A stretch of DNA of 64,000 nt, taken from Frankiales bacterium. Lineage in GTDB: Bacteria > Actinomycetota > Actinomycetes > Mycobacteriales > SCTD01. Numbering within the stretch: the stretch's first letter is position 1; every line of letters begins with the position of its first letter. Below are positions 1-8,915 of this stretch, piece by piece. The translations under genes were made by a program, and so were the position numbers. The notes beneath the pieces were generated by a model. It ran no database searches and was not told the DNA's origin. It worked only from the letters and a program-made list of their open reading frames with translations. The stretch is taken from assembly GCA_025966135.1 (NCBI GenBank), contig JAOPVP010000035.1, positions 64,078 to 128,077 on the forward strand, given 5' to 3'.

Positions 1-59
1 GCTTGGCCCTGGTGTCGGGCAGCCGCGGGGGCACCGCTGTGGGAGAAGCGAAAGGATCG

Positions 60-2156
60 CTACCAAGGCCAAATCGACTTGAGGATTGTCTCTAACGGGT
101 GCGGCACTGGCCCCTTCTGCGCGCTGCTGGCTGACCGGTCGTGCTTGTCCTCCTTTGGCTTGAGTTCCTCCAAGACGGCGTCGCGAGCCGGTCCCTCGGG
201 TATCAGATGGATCATTGCGGGGCGGGGTGCACGCTGTTTGCCGCCTATCGCGCGTGCTGTCACGCGGGCAAGTCGCCGGCAGCGGTCCCAGTCGTCATGC
301 TTGCTGGGCAGCAGCGGCTCGAGGAAATCCCAAGCATCGTCATCCGCGCCCACGGCAAAGGTCTCGTAGAGCACCTGGTAGGTACCGGCGAAGGTCGTGT
401 CGGCCAAATCGCCGCTGTCGGCAAGCGCGGCGGCGAACAACACTGCTGCACGCCGCGGCACCGACGACCACAGGGTTCGGCGGGCCGCAAGCGCCCGCCA
501 GGCAGTCATGCCCTGATCGCTTGCAAACTGGGCGTCTGGCGCAGCATCAGCGGCCACGGCGACCTCCTTGGCGGTCCGCGGCCCGGTCAGGGCCTTGGCG
601 AGCAGGTCGGGACGCTCGCTGATCGCGGCGGTCCATGCGGTGGTGGGTGCCTGGGCAGCCAGCGCGTGCAGCAGTTCTCGCACAGCCTCGGCACCGGAGA
701 CCTCGCGCACGGACCGCCACCGAGGCACGCCCTCCGGGACGCGAACCAAGGCCGCGGTCGCCGGGCGCAGCTCGGCTGCCGTCCGTGCCAACGAACCCTC
801 CACCAGGAGGGTTTCGAAGGAGACCTCGGGCAGGCGTGCCCATTCCGACCACCACGCGGGATCGCTCACGTGGTGGTGCAGCAGATCTACAGCAAGCGAG
901 ACGTTCCTCTCCGCAATGCGTCCGAGGTGGAGTGGCATGGCCTGCTGGGCGACGAGCTCGACCAACACGTTAGGGGCGACCTGGGCTACGGTCGGCTTGC
1001 CGGTGCCCACGCTGGCTAGTGCAGGCACGGCGGGGTCGGCGGTGGCCGTCAGAAGGGAAGTGAGCACGACTTCCGGATCTTCCTGCCAAGCGCGGGCCGC
1101 CCACCCGGCGAGCGCTGCGTCGACCGCCAGCACATGGCCGGCGACGGCGGGCGACAGCACGGAGCGCAGGACGGCCGTAGCCGGGGCAGCGGACAGCAGC
1201 CCGTCGGTTGGAGTGAGCAGGTGCCTCTTGAGTTGACGCATGCTGGTAGGTCGCGGGGCTCGCCGCGCTAGACGCTGGAGTGTCGCCGAGGCGTTCGGAG
1301 GGTTGTCTGCGACGGCCTGCAAGTAGGTCTCGACGAAGAGCGTCATGATGCGACGACGGGAACTGTCCGGACCCACGACGCGCAGGTACTCGCGCAATGG
1401 CCCAGGATCGATAAGGTCGGCGACCAGGACGCGGACAACCTCCGACGGAATTTCATCCTGCGAACTGTCGGGGCCGGCGGGTACGGCGGCACCGCCAGGT
1501 CCGCACAGCAGGTCGAAGGGCCGGTCGGCAAGTTGACGCGCTTCAAGGGCACCAGCGCAGAACGCGAACGCAGAGCGCAGGCGCGGCCACTGCTGATCCC
1601 AAAGCGCCAGACATAGGTCGTTGCGCCGATCCACAAGGTCTGCAGCGAACCAGACCTCCTTCGGCGATCTACCGTAGAGGCGAGCGATAACCGCCGCGAG
1701 GTCCGCGGCGAGATCTGGATCAGTGCCGATCGAGACCGGTGGCGGCGGCACCGCGAGCGGTGCGCGGAATTGCTCGCGATCGGTGTGGTCAGGGTGGCGA
1801 AGCAGCGCCGCAAGCCCCGCAAGCGATGGCCGCCGCATCATGACGGGCGGAACCAGCAGCGTGTGCGTCCACACCACGTTAGGACGCGGCGCGGCTCCCA
1901 TATACCAGGTACGGGCGAGCGCGTACGCCTCCCCAGACGGCAACGGGTATCCGGTGAGGTACCCGTCGTTGCCGGGCGACGGGCGCTGTCCGCTGGCGTC
2001 GCTTAACCGGTCAATCAGCCGTAGGTCTTCGTCGTGTAGGACGCGGCTGCCTGCCAGCATCCGATGCCCCTGGTCGTAGCCGTGCAGCACCTGGTGCACG
2101 ACCGGCTCGGGTTCGCTGGGCACACTCCTGCGCTGTCCGGCAGGCGGGCTGGTCAT
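60..2156 (-). CDS. Large (698 aa) mostly alpha-helical protein, GAP1-like partner of a double-GTPase conflict system
   Basis: Last gene of a 5-gene chain. The ATG at 2156 overlaps the stop of the upstream GTPase (ATGA at 2153-2156), so the track start at 2171 was rejected. N-terminus reads ...VHQVLHGYDQGHRMLAGS..., followed by an Ala/Leu-rich helical body. The family name is from memory of the Pfam GAP1 families and is unverified. Confidence 0.65.
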   Translation of the reverse strand: MTSPPAGQRRSVPSEPEPVVHQVLHGYDQGHRMLAGSRVLHDEDLRLIDRLSDASGQRPSPGNDGYLTGYPLPSGEAYALARTWYMGAAPRPNVVWTHTLLVPPVMMRRPSLAGLAALLRHPDHTDREQFRAPLAVPPPPVSIGTDPDLAADLAAVIARLYGRSPKEVWFAADLVDRRNDLCLALWDQQWPRLRSAFAFCAGALEARQLADRPFDLLCGPGGAAVPAGPDSSQDEIPSEVVRVLVADLIDPGPLREYLRVVGPDSSRRRIMTLFVETYLQAVADNPPNASATLQRLARRAPRPTSMRQLKRHLLTPTDGLLSAAPATAVLRSVLSPAVAGHVLAVDAALAGWAARAWQEDPEVVLTSLLTATADPAVPALASVGTGKPTVAQVAPNVLVELVAQQAMPLHLGRIAERNVSLAVDLLHHHVSDPAWWSEWARLPEVSFETLLVEGSLARTAAELRPATAALVRVPEGVPRWRSVREVSGAEAVRELLHALAAQAPTTAWTAAISERPDLLAKALTGPRTAKEVAVAADAAPDAQFASDQGMTAWRALAARRTLWSSVPRRAAVLFAAALADSGDLADTTFAGTYQVLYETFAVGADDDAWDFLEPLLPSKHDDWDRCRRLARVTARAIGGKQRAPRPAMIHLIPEGPARDAVLEELKPKEDKHDRSASSAQKGPVPHPLETILKSIWPW

Positions 2157-2983
2157 CCCAACGCAGCCCAACGCACCGGTTCGCTGAGGTCGCCGCTGCG
2201 GACGCCGTCGGAATCGACAATGTAGGCGCGGTCGTACGGACGCTTCGCGGCGAGGTCTTGGCTTCCGCCGTAGGCGCCCCCTTGCGCGCAGACCCCATAG
2301 ACGCGGAAGTTAAAGAGTTCGTCGTGGCCGTCGAGGTACTGCCGCAGCATGGGCATCTTGGCCGCCAGCCAGTCCGATGGGGTGATGTCGGGGCATCGGT
2401 CCCAGGCGCTAACCATGACCGCGAGCCGGCACGGTGCCTCGACCGCACGCGTTCGGACCACCCACTCCAGCAGGTCGACCAGGTGCACCTCGCCCGGAAC
2501 CCGCAACGGGTCGAAGTCCTTCTCTACCGCGCCTTCAAACTGCTCGCCGAGAACCTCCGCGAGCTTCCTGGCCTGCGAGATCAACACCCTTGGGCGCTGG
2601 TGATCGGGGTGGGTGAACAGTATGAGCCCGGCCGCCGATCGCACTAGGTCGACGATTCGGGCGTCGGCGTGGCGGTGCACGATGATGTCGCGGAAGCTCT
2701 CGCCCGCGATGTCGGGCAGGCTCAGTTGCACCTGCCGGCTGTCGAAGGCTACGTCCAGCTCGATCAGCTCGCCGTTGTCCTGCGAGGTGCGGCCCACCTG
2801 CTCGCCCGCCAGCCAAGCCATCCGCAACTGCTCCAGATAGCTGCGCTGTTCCGGCTGCCGAATCAGCCTGGTGGCGGTCCCGGTCAGCTGCTCGCTCAGC
2901 AGATGGTAGAGCGCGGCAAGGTAGGTGCTCTTGCCGGTCTCGGGCATACCGACCAGGGTGACCGCGGAGCCTGTATCGGTCAT
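2153..2983 (-). CDS. P-loop GTPase, paralog 1 of a double-GTPase pair
   Basis: G1 GMPETGKST, G3 LPDIAGE, degenerate G4 VSAWD. The ATG at 2983 overlaps the upstream stop (ATGA at 2980-2983). Confidence 0.8.
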   Translation of the reverse strand: MTDTGSAVTLVGMPETGKSTYLAALYHLLSEQLTGTATRLIRQPEQRSYLEQLRMAWLAGEQVGRTSQDNGELIELDVAFDSRQVQLSLPDIAGESFRDIIVHRHADARIVDLVRSAAGLILFTHPDHQRPRVLISQARKLAEVLGEQFEGAVEKDFDPLRVPGEVHLVDLLEWVVRTRAVEAPCRLAVMVSAWDRCPDITPSDWLAAKMPMLRQYLDGHDELFNFRVYGVCAQGGAYGGSQDLAAKRPYDRAYIVDSDGVRSGDLSEPVRWAALG

Positions 2984-4026
2984 GGCAACCTCCGTCCACC
3001 GCTGGCGACGAACCGGCCCGCGATGCCGCTGTGCGGCGCGAACCGGTGCAGCTCCCGGGTGAGTTGCGGGGCGGTCCAGGCCCGTGGGGGACGGGCGGCA
3101 CGAGGGGTGAGGAGCACGGCAAAGAGCTCGGGAACGCCCTCACCGGCCGGCCGTGCAGCCGTACGGTGCAAGGCGGTCGGCAACCACAGATACTGCGCGA
3201 ACGCAAGCAGCCGGTCCAGTTCGGGGGAGAGCCCTTCGGCTTGGCCGCACTTGTCCCACTTCGTGACCACGAGGTCCAGGGGAACTCCGGGCGGGATGTC
3301 GTCACCTTCGGCGAGGGCGCGGATCAGGGTGCGGGTTCGCGTCAGAGTGGCATTCTGCGCGGCCGGGGTTAGCAGCTTCTCGCCGTCGACGAGCACCAGC
3401 ACCCGTGTGGCCGATCGCAGCAGGGGCCGGTAGTCGACCGGGTCGTTGAACTCGATCAGCGTGCGCGCGTGCTCACCGGAAACGTCGCCAAACAGCAAAT
3501 GCCGCCGGTTGCAGTCCGCGTCGCGGACGGCCAGGTGCAGCGCGATGCGACGGGTGTTCTGGCTGGTGCGCTGCGTCTTCTCCTCGCCATGTCCCGACTC
3601 GTGTGTCGCGTCGAAGCTGCGGGCTTCGAACCCGAGCAAACTTAGCGAACTCTCGAACGCCCAGCCCGCGAGTGGGGCGCGGGCAATCTGTTCGTAGATC
3701 GAGGCGAACAGTGTGGTCTTGCCTGCCTCGGCTTCCGCGACGGCCACGATGAGGTCTACCGGATACTGGGCCATGACGGCACTGGCTTCGTCGGCGGTGA
3801 GGGCTTGGCCGGAGTGCGTGGAAACCGGTGCATGCGCGAGCTCCAGCCGCCGCCGTCCCCTGCCTGATGACGGCGCGGGATCGGTCTCGGCAGAACGCGA
3901 TGTCAGCGCCGGTGCGTCGTTGTCGGCGTCTTCGTCGACCAGGGTGTCGTCCCCGTGGTCGTCGTCGGGTTCGCCGGTCAAGGTGTCGTCGGTGTCGATG
4001 TCGTCGCCGGTAGGCGTGGTGGTCAT
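2980..4026 (-). CDS. P-loop GTPase, paralog 2 of a double-GTPase pair, with acidic disordered N-terminal tail
   Basis: G1 AEAEAGKTT, G3 FGDVSGE, G4 VVTKWDK. The true start is the ATG at 4026, which overlaps the upstream stop (ATGA at 4023-4026). The 592-aa track ORF (to 4758) runs through the upstream gene in another frame and is Arg-rich junk there. Confidence 0.8.
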   Translation of the reverse strand: MTTTPTGDDIDTDDTLTGEPDDDHGDDTLVDEDADNDAPALTSRSAETDPAPSSGRGRRRLELAHAPVSTHSGQALTADEASAVMAQYPVDLIVAVAEAEAGKTTLFASIYEQIARAPLAGWAFESSLSLLGFEARSFDATHESGHGEEKTQRTSQNTRRIALHLAVRDADCNRRHLLFGDVSGEHARTLIEFNDPVDYRPLLRSATRVLVLVDGEKLLTPAAQNATLTRTRTLIRALAEGDDIPPGVPLDLVVTKWDKCGQAEGLSPELDRLLAFAQYLWLPTALHRTAARPAGEGVPELFAVLLTPRAARPPRAWTAPQLTRELHRFAPHSGIAGRFVASGGRRLP

Positions 4027-5015
4027 GCCAGGGCTTCCCAGGCGCGCAGCATCATGGCCTGACGCAGGCTGTGTCGCGCCTGCCGTTGCGGGTCGTCGAC
4101 GCCGTTCGGGAGGGATGCGATGAGGAAGGAAACCGGCTCGGGAGCAATGAGCGGTTCGAGCGCGACGGCCTCCGGTTGGTCGCTGAAGGGTGTTGCGGCT
4201 AGTAGCTGGTCGAGGAAGGCGTCGGCGTGCATCGGTGCGGGTAGCAGGGTGGTGCAGGCGGCGAGCTCTCGGGCCGCCAGGACGGCGGTAATAGGCGCGG
4301 CGAGCGTGGCCCAGGGCCGGTCGAGCGTGTTGCTGGCACCCGATAACAGCCATCCGACGTAGTTGCCTTCTTCGGCGCAGATGTCGATGGCCCGCTCGGC
4401 CCATCTGCTGACCTCGTCGACCTGCTCGAGAGTCTTGTCGAAGCCCAACTGAACGTACGTTGCGAACTTGGCGAATGCCGTCGACACCGTCTCCAACGTG
4501 ATACCTGTCTCCGCAGGCATCGCCGCGGCGATCGCCGTCGCCGTCTGCTTGCTCCAGATCTGGATCTTGGGCGCTTCCGGTGGCAACGCGAGTGCTCGTC
4601 GTTGCTCGGCCAACGTGCTGAGCCGATGCTCCGCGTAGCTCGTCAGATCCGGGACGAGGGGTACCCAGCCCAAGAGTCCGGCGAGAGCGCAGCCGTACCC
4701 CGCCAGCGTGCTTAAGCGGTCCTCGTCCTGGTCTCCGTCGAGGATCTCCCACAGGCAAGCCCCGGCCAGGACAGCGGCTTCCCGGTCGTTGTCACGCATC
4801 CGGAAGGTGTTGTCCGCGGCCTTGATCGCGTCCCGGAACCAGATCCCCCGGTCGGCGGACTGTCCTTGTGGGTGGGCGATGGCGATGAGGTCGAGGACCT
4901 GGGCCCCGGTAAGCCCCCCGACGACGTCGTTAGCCCCGACCTCTCGGGCCTTGAGGACGTCTCCAGCGAGCGCGATGCCGACCTCGGCGTGCCAGTCAGC
5001 GAACAGCTTGTTCAT
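4023..5015 (-). CDS. All-helical 330-aa protein (GASH-like, GTPase-associated system helical protein)
   Basis: Clean ORF with normal amino-acid composition. ATGA overlaps at both ends (5012-5015 and 4023-4026). No catalytic motif is visible. The family name is from memory only. Confidence 0.55.
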   Translation of the reverse strand: MNKLFADWHAEVGIALAGDVLKAREVGANDVVGGLTGAQVLDLIAIAHPQGQSADRGIWFRDAIKAADNTFRMRDNDREAAVLAGACLWEILDGDQDEDRLSTLAGYGCALAGLLGWVPLVPDLTSYAEHRLSTLAEQRRALALPPEAPKIQIWSKQTATAIAAAMPAETGITLETVSTAFAKFATYVQLGFDKTLEQVDEVSRWAERAIDICAEEGNYVGWLLSGASNTLDRPWATLAAPITAVLAARELAACTTLLPAPMHADAFLDQLLAATPFSDQPEAVALEPLIAPEPVSFLIASLPNGVDDPQRQARHSLRQAMMLRAWEALA

Positions 5016-6361
5016 GTCGTCCTTTCCTGCCCGCGGAGGGTCGCCGCGGCGATCCGCGCAGCCAGAAGCTGCCGGGTTGCTTCGTCGTGCACGCGACTCA
5101 TTACGTCGAGAATCATCGTGACGTGGTCCTTAGTGCGGTCCTCAACTCTTAGGAGCCCGCAGTCGGTGAGCACTTGCTCCTGGTCCGGTACGGCCAGATC
5201 GAGTAGGTCCCTGTAGAGCCGTCGTTCAGCGTCCACGTTGCCCTCCTCGTCGACCAGCGGTGGCCGACTGTCCGCACCGGCTGACGCATCCTCGTCGACG
5301 TCGATGCGCTCAGTGCATAGTGCCGCAGGGTCGGCCGGCGGAGGGCAGTGCGGCACCGATACGTCAGAGGGCGCTGACGGTGCAGGTATTAGCGGTAGCG
5401 GCAGTTCTTCGTGGTGCGCCTGGCCCTCGCCGTGCCCGGATCGGAATTCGTTCCACTCCGGCCGCAGGACACGCTGATAGATGTCCAGTAGGAGAACGGC
5501 GTGGCCGTGGTCATCGCCGCGCACGTCGAAAGTGAGCCAGTTGTAGGTCGGGTGCCACCCAGGCGGGTCCTCCTCGGGGTGCACCGCGCCGGCGATGATT
5601 TCCAGGCAGTCGTTGACGCGCTGGATGCGCTGGTCGTGCCGGTGCCCGCACAGCAGAGCCCACGCCTTGCCCTTGATCCGGTCGCGAATCTCGACACGAT
5701 CACGGCAGTCTTCTGGGCCGTGGTGCGCCAGGAGGAGGTAGATCGCGCCGGGGGTGTCACGCGGGAGCACCGTCTGGGTCCGGCCGACGACAAGGCTGCC
5801 GTCGGTGTCGTCGCCATCACTGTTGAACACGGTGGTCAGCCCGCGTACGGCCAGGTGGTACCCGCGGGGCAGCCCGATCGTGGCCTGCCACGGCTGGCCG
5901 TTGGCGGCCACCTCGCACCGATACCCGAGGGCGAATTCGTTGTAATTGGCGAGGGGCGCGAGCAGCGGGGCGCCTGGATCCTCAAGGAGGGTGTCTACCA
6001 GCGCGGTGACGTCCGGTACCGGGCACGTCCGCAGGCCCTGGCGGGCGGTCCGCGCAGAGGGGGAGATCAGCGGCCAGTGCACATCGTGGTTGCCGGGCAC
6101 GGTGAGGACTTGGCAGTTCGCGGTGCCGACCAAGGCAGCGACCTCGTCCAGCCAGGTCTTGGCTCGACCGTACTCCGCCTCGTCCCCGCTGAAGGCGATG
6201 TCTCCAGTGACGACGAGTGCGGTTGCTGGGCCGAGTCTTGCTTTCATCCGCTCCAGGTCGCGCATCAGCTCAACCCGAACGCCACGGTTCCGTTCGGCCG
6301 CGGCGTTGGTCTTGCCGGTGAAGTGGATGTCGCTCAGGTGAACCAATACAGCAGGCTCCAC
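5012..6361 (-). CDS. Calcineurin-like metallophosphoesterase with C-terminal helical extension (candidate effector)
   Basis: Motifs VHLSDIHF, VVTGDIAFSG, PGNHD, LLAHH, LCGHRH. GTG start at 6361 is preceded by GGAAGGAG about 10 nt upstream. Confidence 0.85.
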   Translation of the reverse strand: MEPAVLVHLSDIHFTGKTNAAAERNRGVRVELMRDLERMKARLGPATALVVTGDIAFSGDEAEYGRAKTWLDEVAALVGTANCQVLTVPGNHDVHWPLISPSARTARQGLRTCPVPDVTALVDTLLEDPGAPLLAPLANYNEFALGYRCEVAANGQPWQATIGLPRGYHLAVRGLTTVFNSDGDDTDGSLVVGRTQTVLPRDTPGAIYLLLAHHGPEDCRDRVEIRDRIKGKAWALLCGHRHDQRIQRVNDCLEIIAGAVHPEEDPPGWHPTYNWLTFDVRGDDHGHAVLLLDIYQRVLRPEWNEFRSGHGEGQAHHEELPLPLIPAPSAPSDVSVPHCPPPADPAALCTERIDVDEDASAGADSRPPLVDEEGNVDAERRLYRDLLDLAVPDQEQVLTDCGLLRVEDRTKDHVTMILDVMSRVHDEATRQLLAARIAAATLRGQERTT

Positions 6362-7287
6362 TCCTACGCGCTCCTTCCGGCACTGACGCGGCGCCCGTCG
6401 ACGTCACATGTTCTGGACAGGCTGGCACTGTGCCACACCGCACCGACATCCAGCCCCCGTCTTGCCATACCGGGCAAGCTGCCCGGGTAGAGCTGGGAGA
6501 AGTACTGACCGTCGGGGGTCGTCGGCGCGCAACCGGGCGAGCACCAGTGGTCCAGCCCTGGCGTGAGCAGCGCCCAGGATCCTGGTACGACCGATCGAGC
6601 GGGGCGTGCCTCCTTGGGCCATGTCGTTCACCACCGAGTACTCCTGTGATGTCCCGCTCGGCAAAGGGCGGTCCGACCAGAGAGGTCTGCACCGAGGGGC
6701 GCCGCCGGGCGGCTCGCCCGGGGCGGGTAGCTGACCTTCGGTGTGGAGCTTGGAGAAGCTGCAACGTGACTGACAGTGACGCCCGTTCGTGCCAGCGCGG
6801 CGGTTGGAAAAGCTTGTCGGGGTGCAGGTAGCGCGGGGCCTCATGGACTAGGCGCAGGACGGTTGGGGGGTTCCTCCAGCGGGTCGACGATCTTGACCGG
6901 AAGTTCCTGGGGTCTGGCCACCGGTCAGCGTTGGTCGTGCAGCAGCTGCTCGAGGGTCGGGCCCGCGGAACCGGTCGCACAGGGGTAGTCGACGGACTGG
7001 CCTGAGCTCGAGGGGCCGTTTCCAGACGCTGGAGGGCGCTGGTTGGCAGTGGCGAACCCATGCCAACGAGGCCCTGAGAGCCGTGGCGGTCCCCCAGGGC
7101 GCGTGGATGAGCCCGGCGGCTGCGGGAGCGTGTCCTCACGCGCCCGGAGCCGCACTCGGGGATGATGGCAGGGCCTCGACGAGCGTTGTCGACGGCTGGT
7201 GTCCGAGGTGCCGTTGACTTGCCGAGTGGCTCGTCCGGGCACTGTGCGTCTCGGGCGCCTGAGGGGCGCCCACGGAGAAGAGGGATC

Positions 7288-8385
7288 GTGACGGAGTTCA
7301 GCGACAAGCAGGTGGTCTACTCGACCGCGCTGGGCAGTCAGGTCTGCGGTGACTCCCTGGAGTTGCTGGCACAGATGGCCGACGAGTCCGTCGACCTGAT
7401 CGTGACCAGCCCGCCCTTCGCCCTACTGCGGGCCAAGAAGTACGGCAACGAGGACCAGGCCGACTACATAGCATGGTTGGCGAAGTTCGGCGAGGCGGCT
7501 CACCGGGTGCTCAAGCCCACGGGCAGCCTGGTGATCGACCTCGGCGGTGCGTACGTCAAGGGCAGGCCGACACGGTCGCTCTACCAGTACCGGGTGCTGC
7601 TTAAATTCGTTGATGACCTCGGGTACCACCTGGCGGAGGAGTTCTTCTGGTACAACCCGTCCAAGCTGCCGAGCCCGATCGAGTGGGTGAACAAGCAGCG
7701 AATCCGTGTCAAGGACGCGGTCAACACCGTGTGGTGGCTGTCCAAGACGGAGCGGCCGAAGGCTGACGTCAACCAGGTACTGGTGCCGTACTCGGCGCGC
7801 ATGAACAAGCTCCTCGAGAACCCGGCGGCGTTCTACGATGCCAAGGCCCGGCCGAGCGAGCACGACATCAGCATGAAGTTCGGCCGCGACAACGGTGGGG
7901 CCATCCCGACGAACCTGCTGACGATTCCGAACACCGACTCGAACTCGGGCTATCTGCGGACGGCACGAGCGCTGGACATCCGGTCGCACCCGGCCCGCTT
8001 CCCTGAGGGGCTGCCGGAGTTCTTCATCAAGTTCTTGACCGAACCGGGCGACCTGGTGGTCGACATCTTCGCCGGGTCGAACACGACCGGCATGGTGGCC
8101 GAGCGGTTGGGCCGTCGCTGGCTCGGGTTCGAGCTTGACCGCGAGTACGCGGCCCTATCGATTCTGCGGTTCGTGTCCGACCGTCCGTTGGACGTCGTCC
8201 GGACGCTGTACGACCTCGCGCAAGAAAAGTGGATCGACCTAACTCCATCTCCGGCGCCGTCTGCGGCTGTCGCTGGGGCTAGGACGACGAGTGGTCGCAG
8301 ATCACGCACGAAGAAGGCCGTCGTCGAGGCGGCCGTCGAGGTTATGGCTGGTCTACCAGTCAAGAAGCGCGCACGTCGGACCTGA
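7288..8385 (+). CDS. Beta-class N4-cytosine/N6-adenine DNA methyltransferase (SPPF type, M.PvuII-like)
   Basis: Motif IV DLIVTSPPFAL lies N-terminal and motif I VVDIFAGSNTTG lies C-terminal. GTG at 7288 is preceded by GAGAAGAGGGA. The track start at 7162 adds an Arg/Gly-rich leader that is unlikely to be real. Confidence 0.9.
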   Translation: MTEFSDKQVVYSTALGSQVCGDSLELLAQMADESVDLIVTSPPFALLRAKKYGNEDQADYIAWLAKFGEAAHRVLKPTGSLVIDLGGAYVKGRPTRSLYQYRVLLKFVDDLGYHLAEEFFWYNPSKLPSPIEWVNKQRIRVKDAVNTVWWLSKTERPKADVNQVLVPYSARMNKLLENPAAFYDAKARPSEHDISMKFGRDNGGAIPTNLLTIPNTDSNSGYLRTARALDIRSHPARFPEGLPEFFIKFLTEPGDLVVDIFAGSNTTGMVAERLGRRWLGFELDREYAALSILRFVSDRPLDVVRTLYDLAQEKWIDLTPSPAPSAAVAGARTTSGRRSRTKKAVVEAAVEVMAGLPVKKRARRT

Positions 8386-8519
8386 CCGGGTCGCCGTTCG
8401 GCGGGCGGGCAGTCAGCCCGACGTAGTCAATGTCGTGCCCGCGCCCGTCTGAGTTCCTCATCGGAGAGCACAGGGAGGCTCCCTGGAAGCGTTGACCGGC
8501 CGGTACCTCATACACGTCT

Positions 8520-8915
8520 CTACAGCTGGGCTGCCGCTGGGGTGTACATGAGGTCGGCGAAGTGGGTGACTGCGCCGCTCTGCAGGTCCTCCCACAACTT
8601 CACGAGGCCCAGGCTCATCAGGGTCTCAGCGATGACGTACGGGTCGGCCGCGTCGGGGTACAGAGCCGCCATCAGAGAGCGGATGTCGCCCGTGGGGTCG
8701 AAGGACCCAACGTTCTGGTTCTGGCCGTCGCCGGCCTTACCGAAGCCTTGGCCCCGAACGGGCTGCAGCTCACAGCGGATGGCGTAAGCGAGGCCGACGC
8801 GGATGACCTGCTGGCCTTCCTCGAACGGGAACCTGTCGCGGATGGCGTCCTTGGCGATCTCTGCGGGTCCGGTCAGCGCAATGTTGACGCGCCCACCGCC
8901 TGTCGGCTCCGTCAC
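8520..8915 (-). CDS. Small DndE-like protein (uncertain)
   Basis: 131 aa. The GTG start overlaps the stop of the upstream ATPase (GTGA at 8912-8915). Size, position after a DndD-like gene and the sequence pattern (..VIRVGLAYAIR.. / ..ETLMSLGLVKLWEDL..) recall DndE. Not verified. Confidence 0.45.
   Translation of the reverse strand: MTEPTGGGRVNIALTGPAEIAKDAIRDRFPFEEGQQVIRVGLAYAIRCELQPVRGQGFGKAGDGQNQNVGSFDPTGDIRSLMAALYPDAADPYVIAETLMSLGLVKLWEDLQSGAVTHFADLMYTPAAAQL

Noticed and set aside
4027-4758. N-terminal 244 codons of the 592-aa track ORF (2980-4758)
   Set aside because: This part overlaps the well-formed 330-aa gene in another frame and is Arg-rich. An ATG at 4026 forms the same ATGA stop/start overlap seen at the other three junctions.
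6270-7307. 345-aa minus-strand ORF and the 146/133/105-aa ORFs in the 6362-7287 gap
   Set aside because: They are about 25% Arg, with Pro/Ser-rich low complexity, no SD sequences and no motifs. The region is treated as non-coding or decayed.
8471-8485. CAGGGA-GGC-TCCCTG hairpin in the convergent gap between the methylase and the DndE-like gene as a terminator
   Set aside because: It has only a 6-bp stem, a 3-nt loop and no U-tract on either strand, which is too weak to call.
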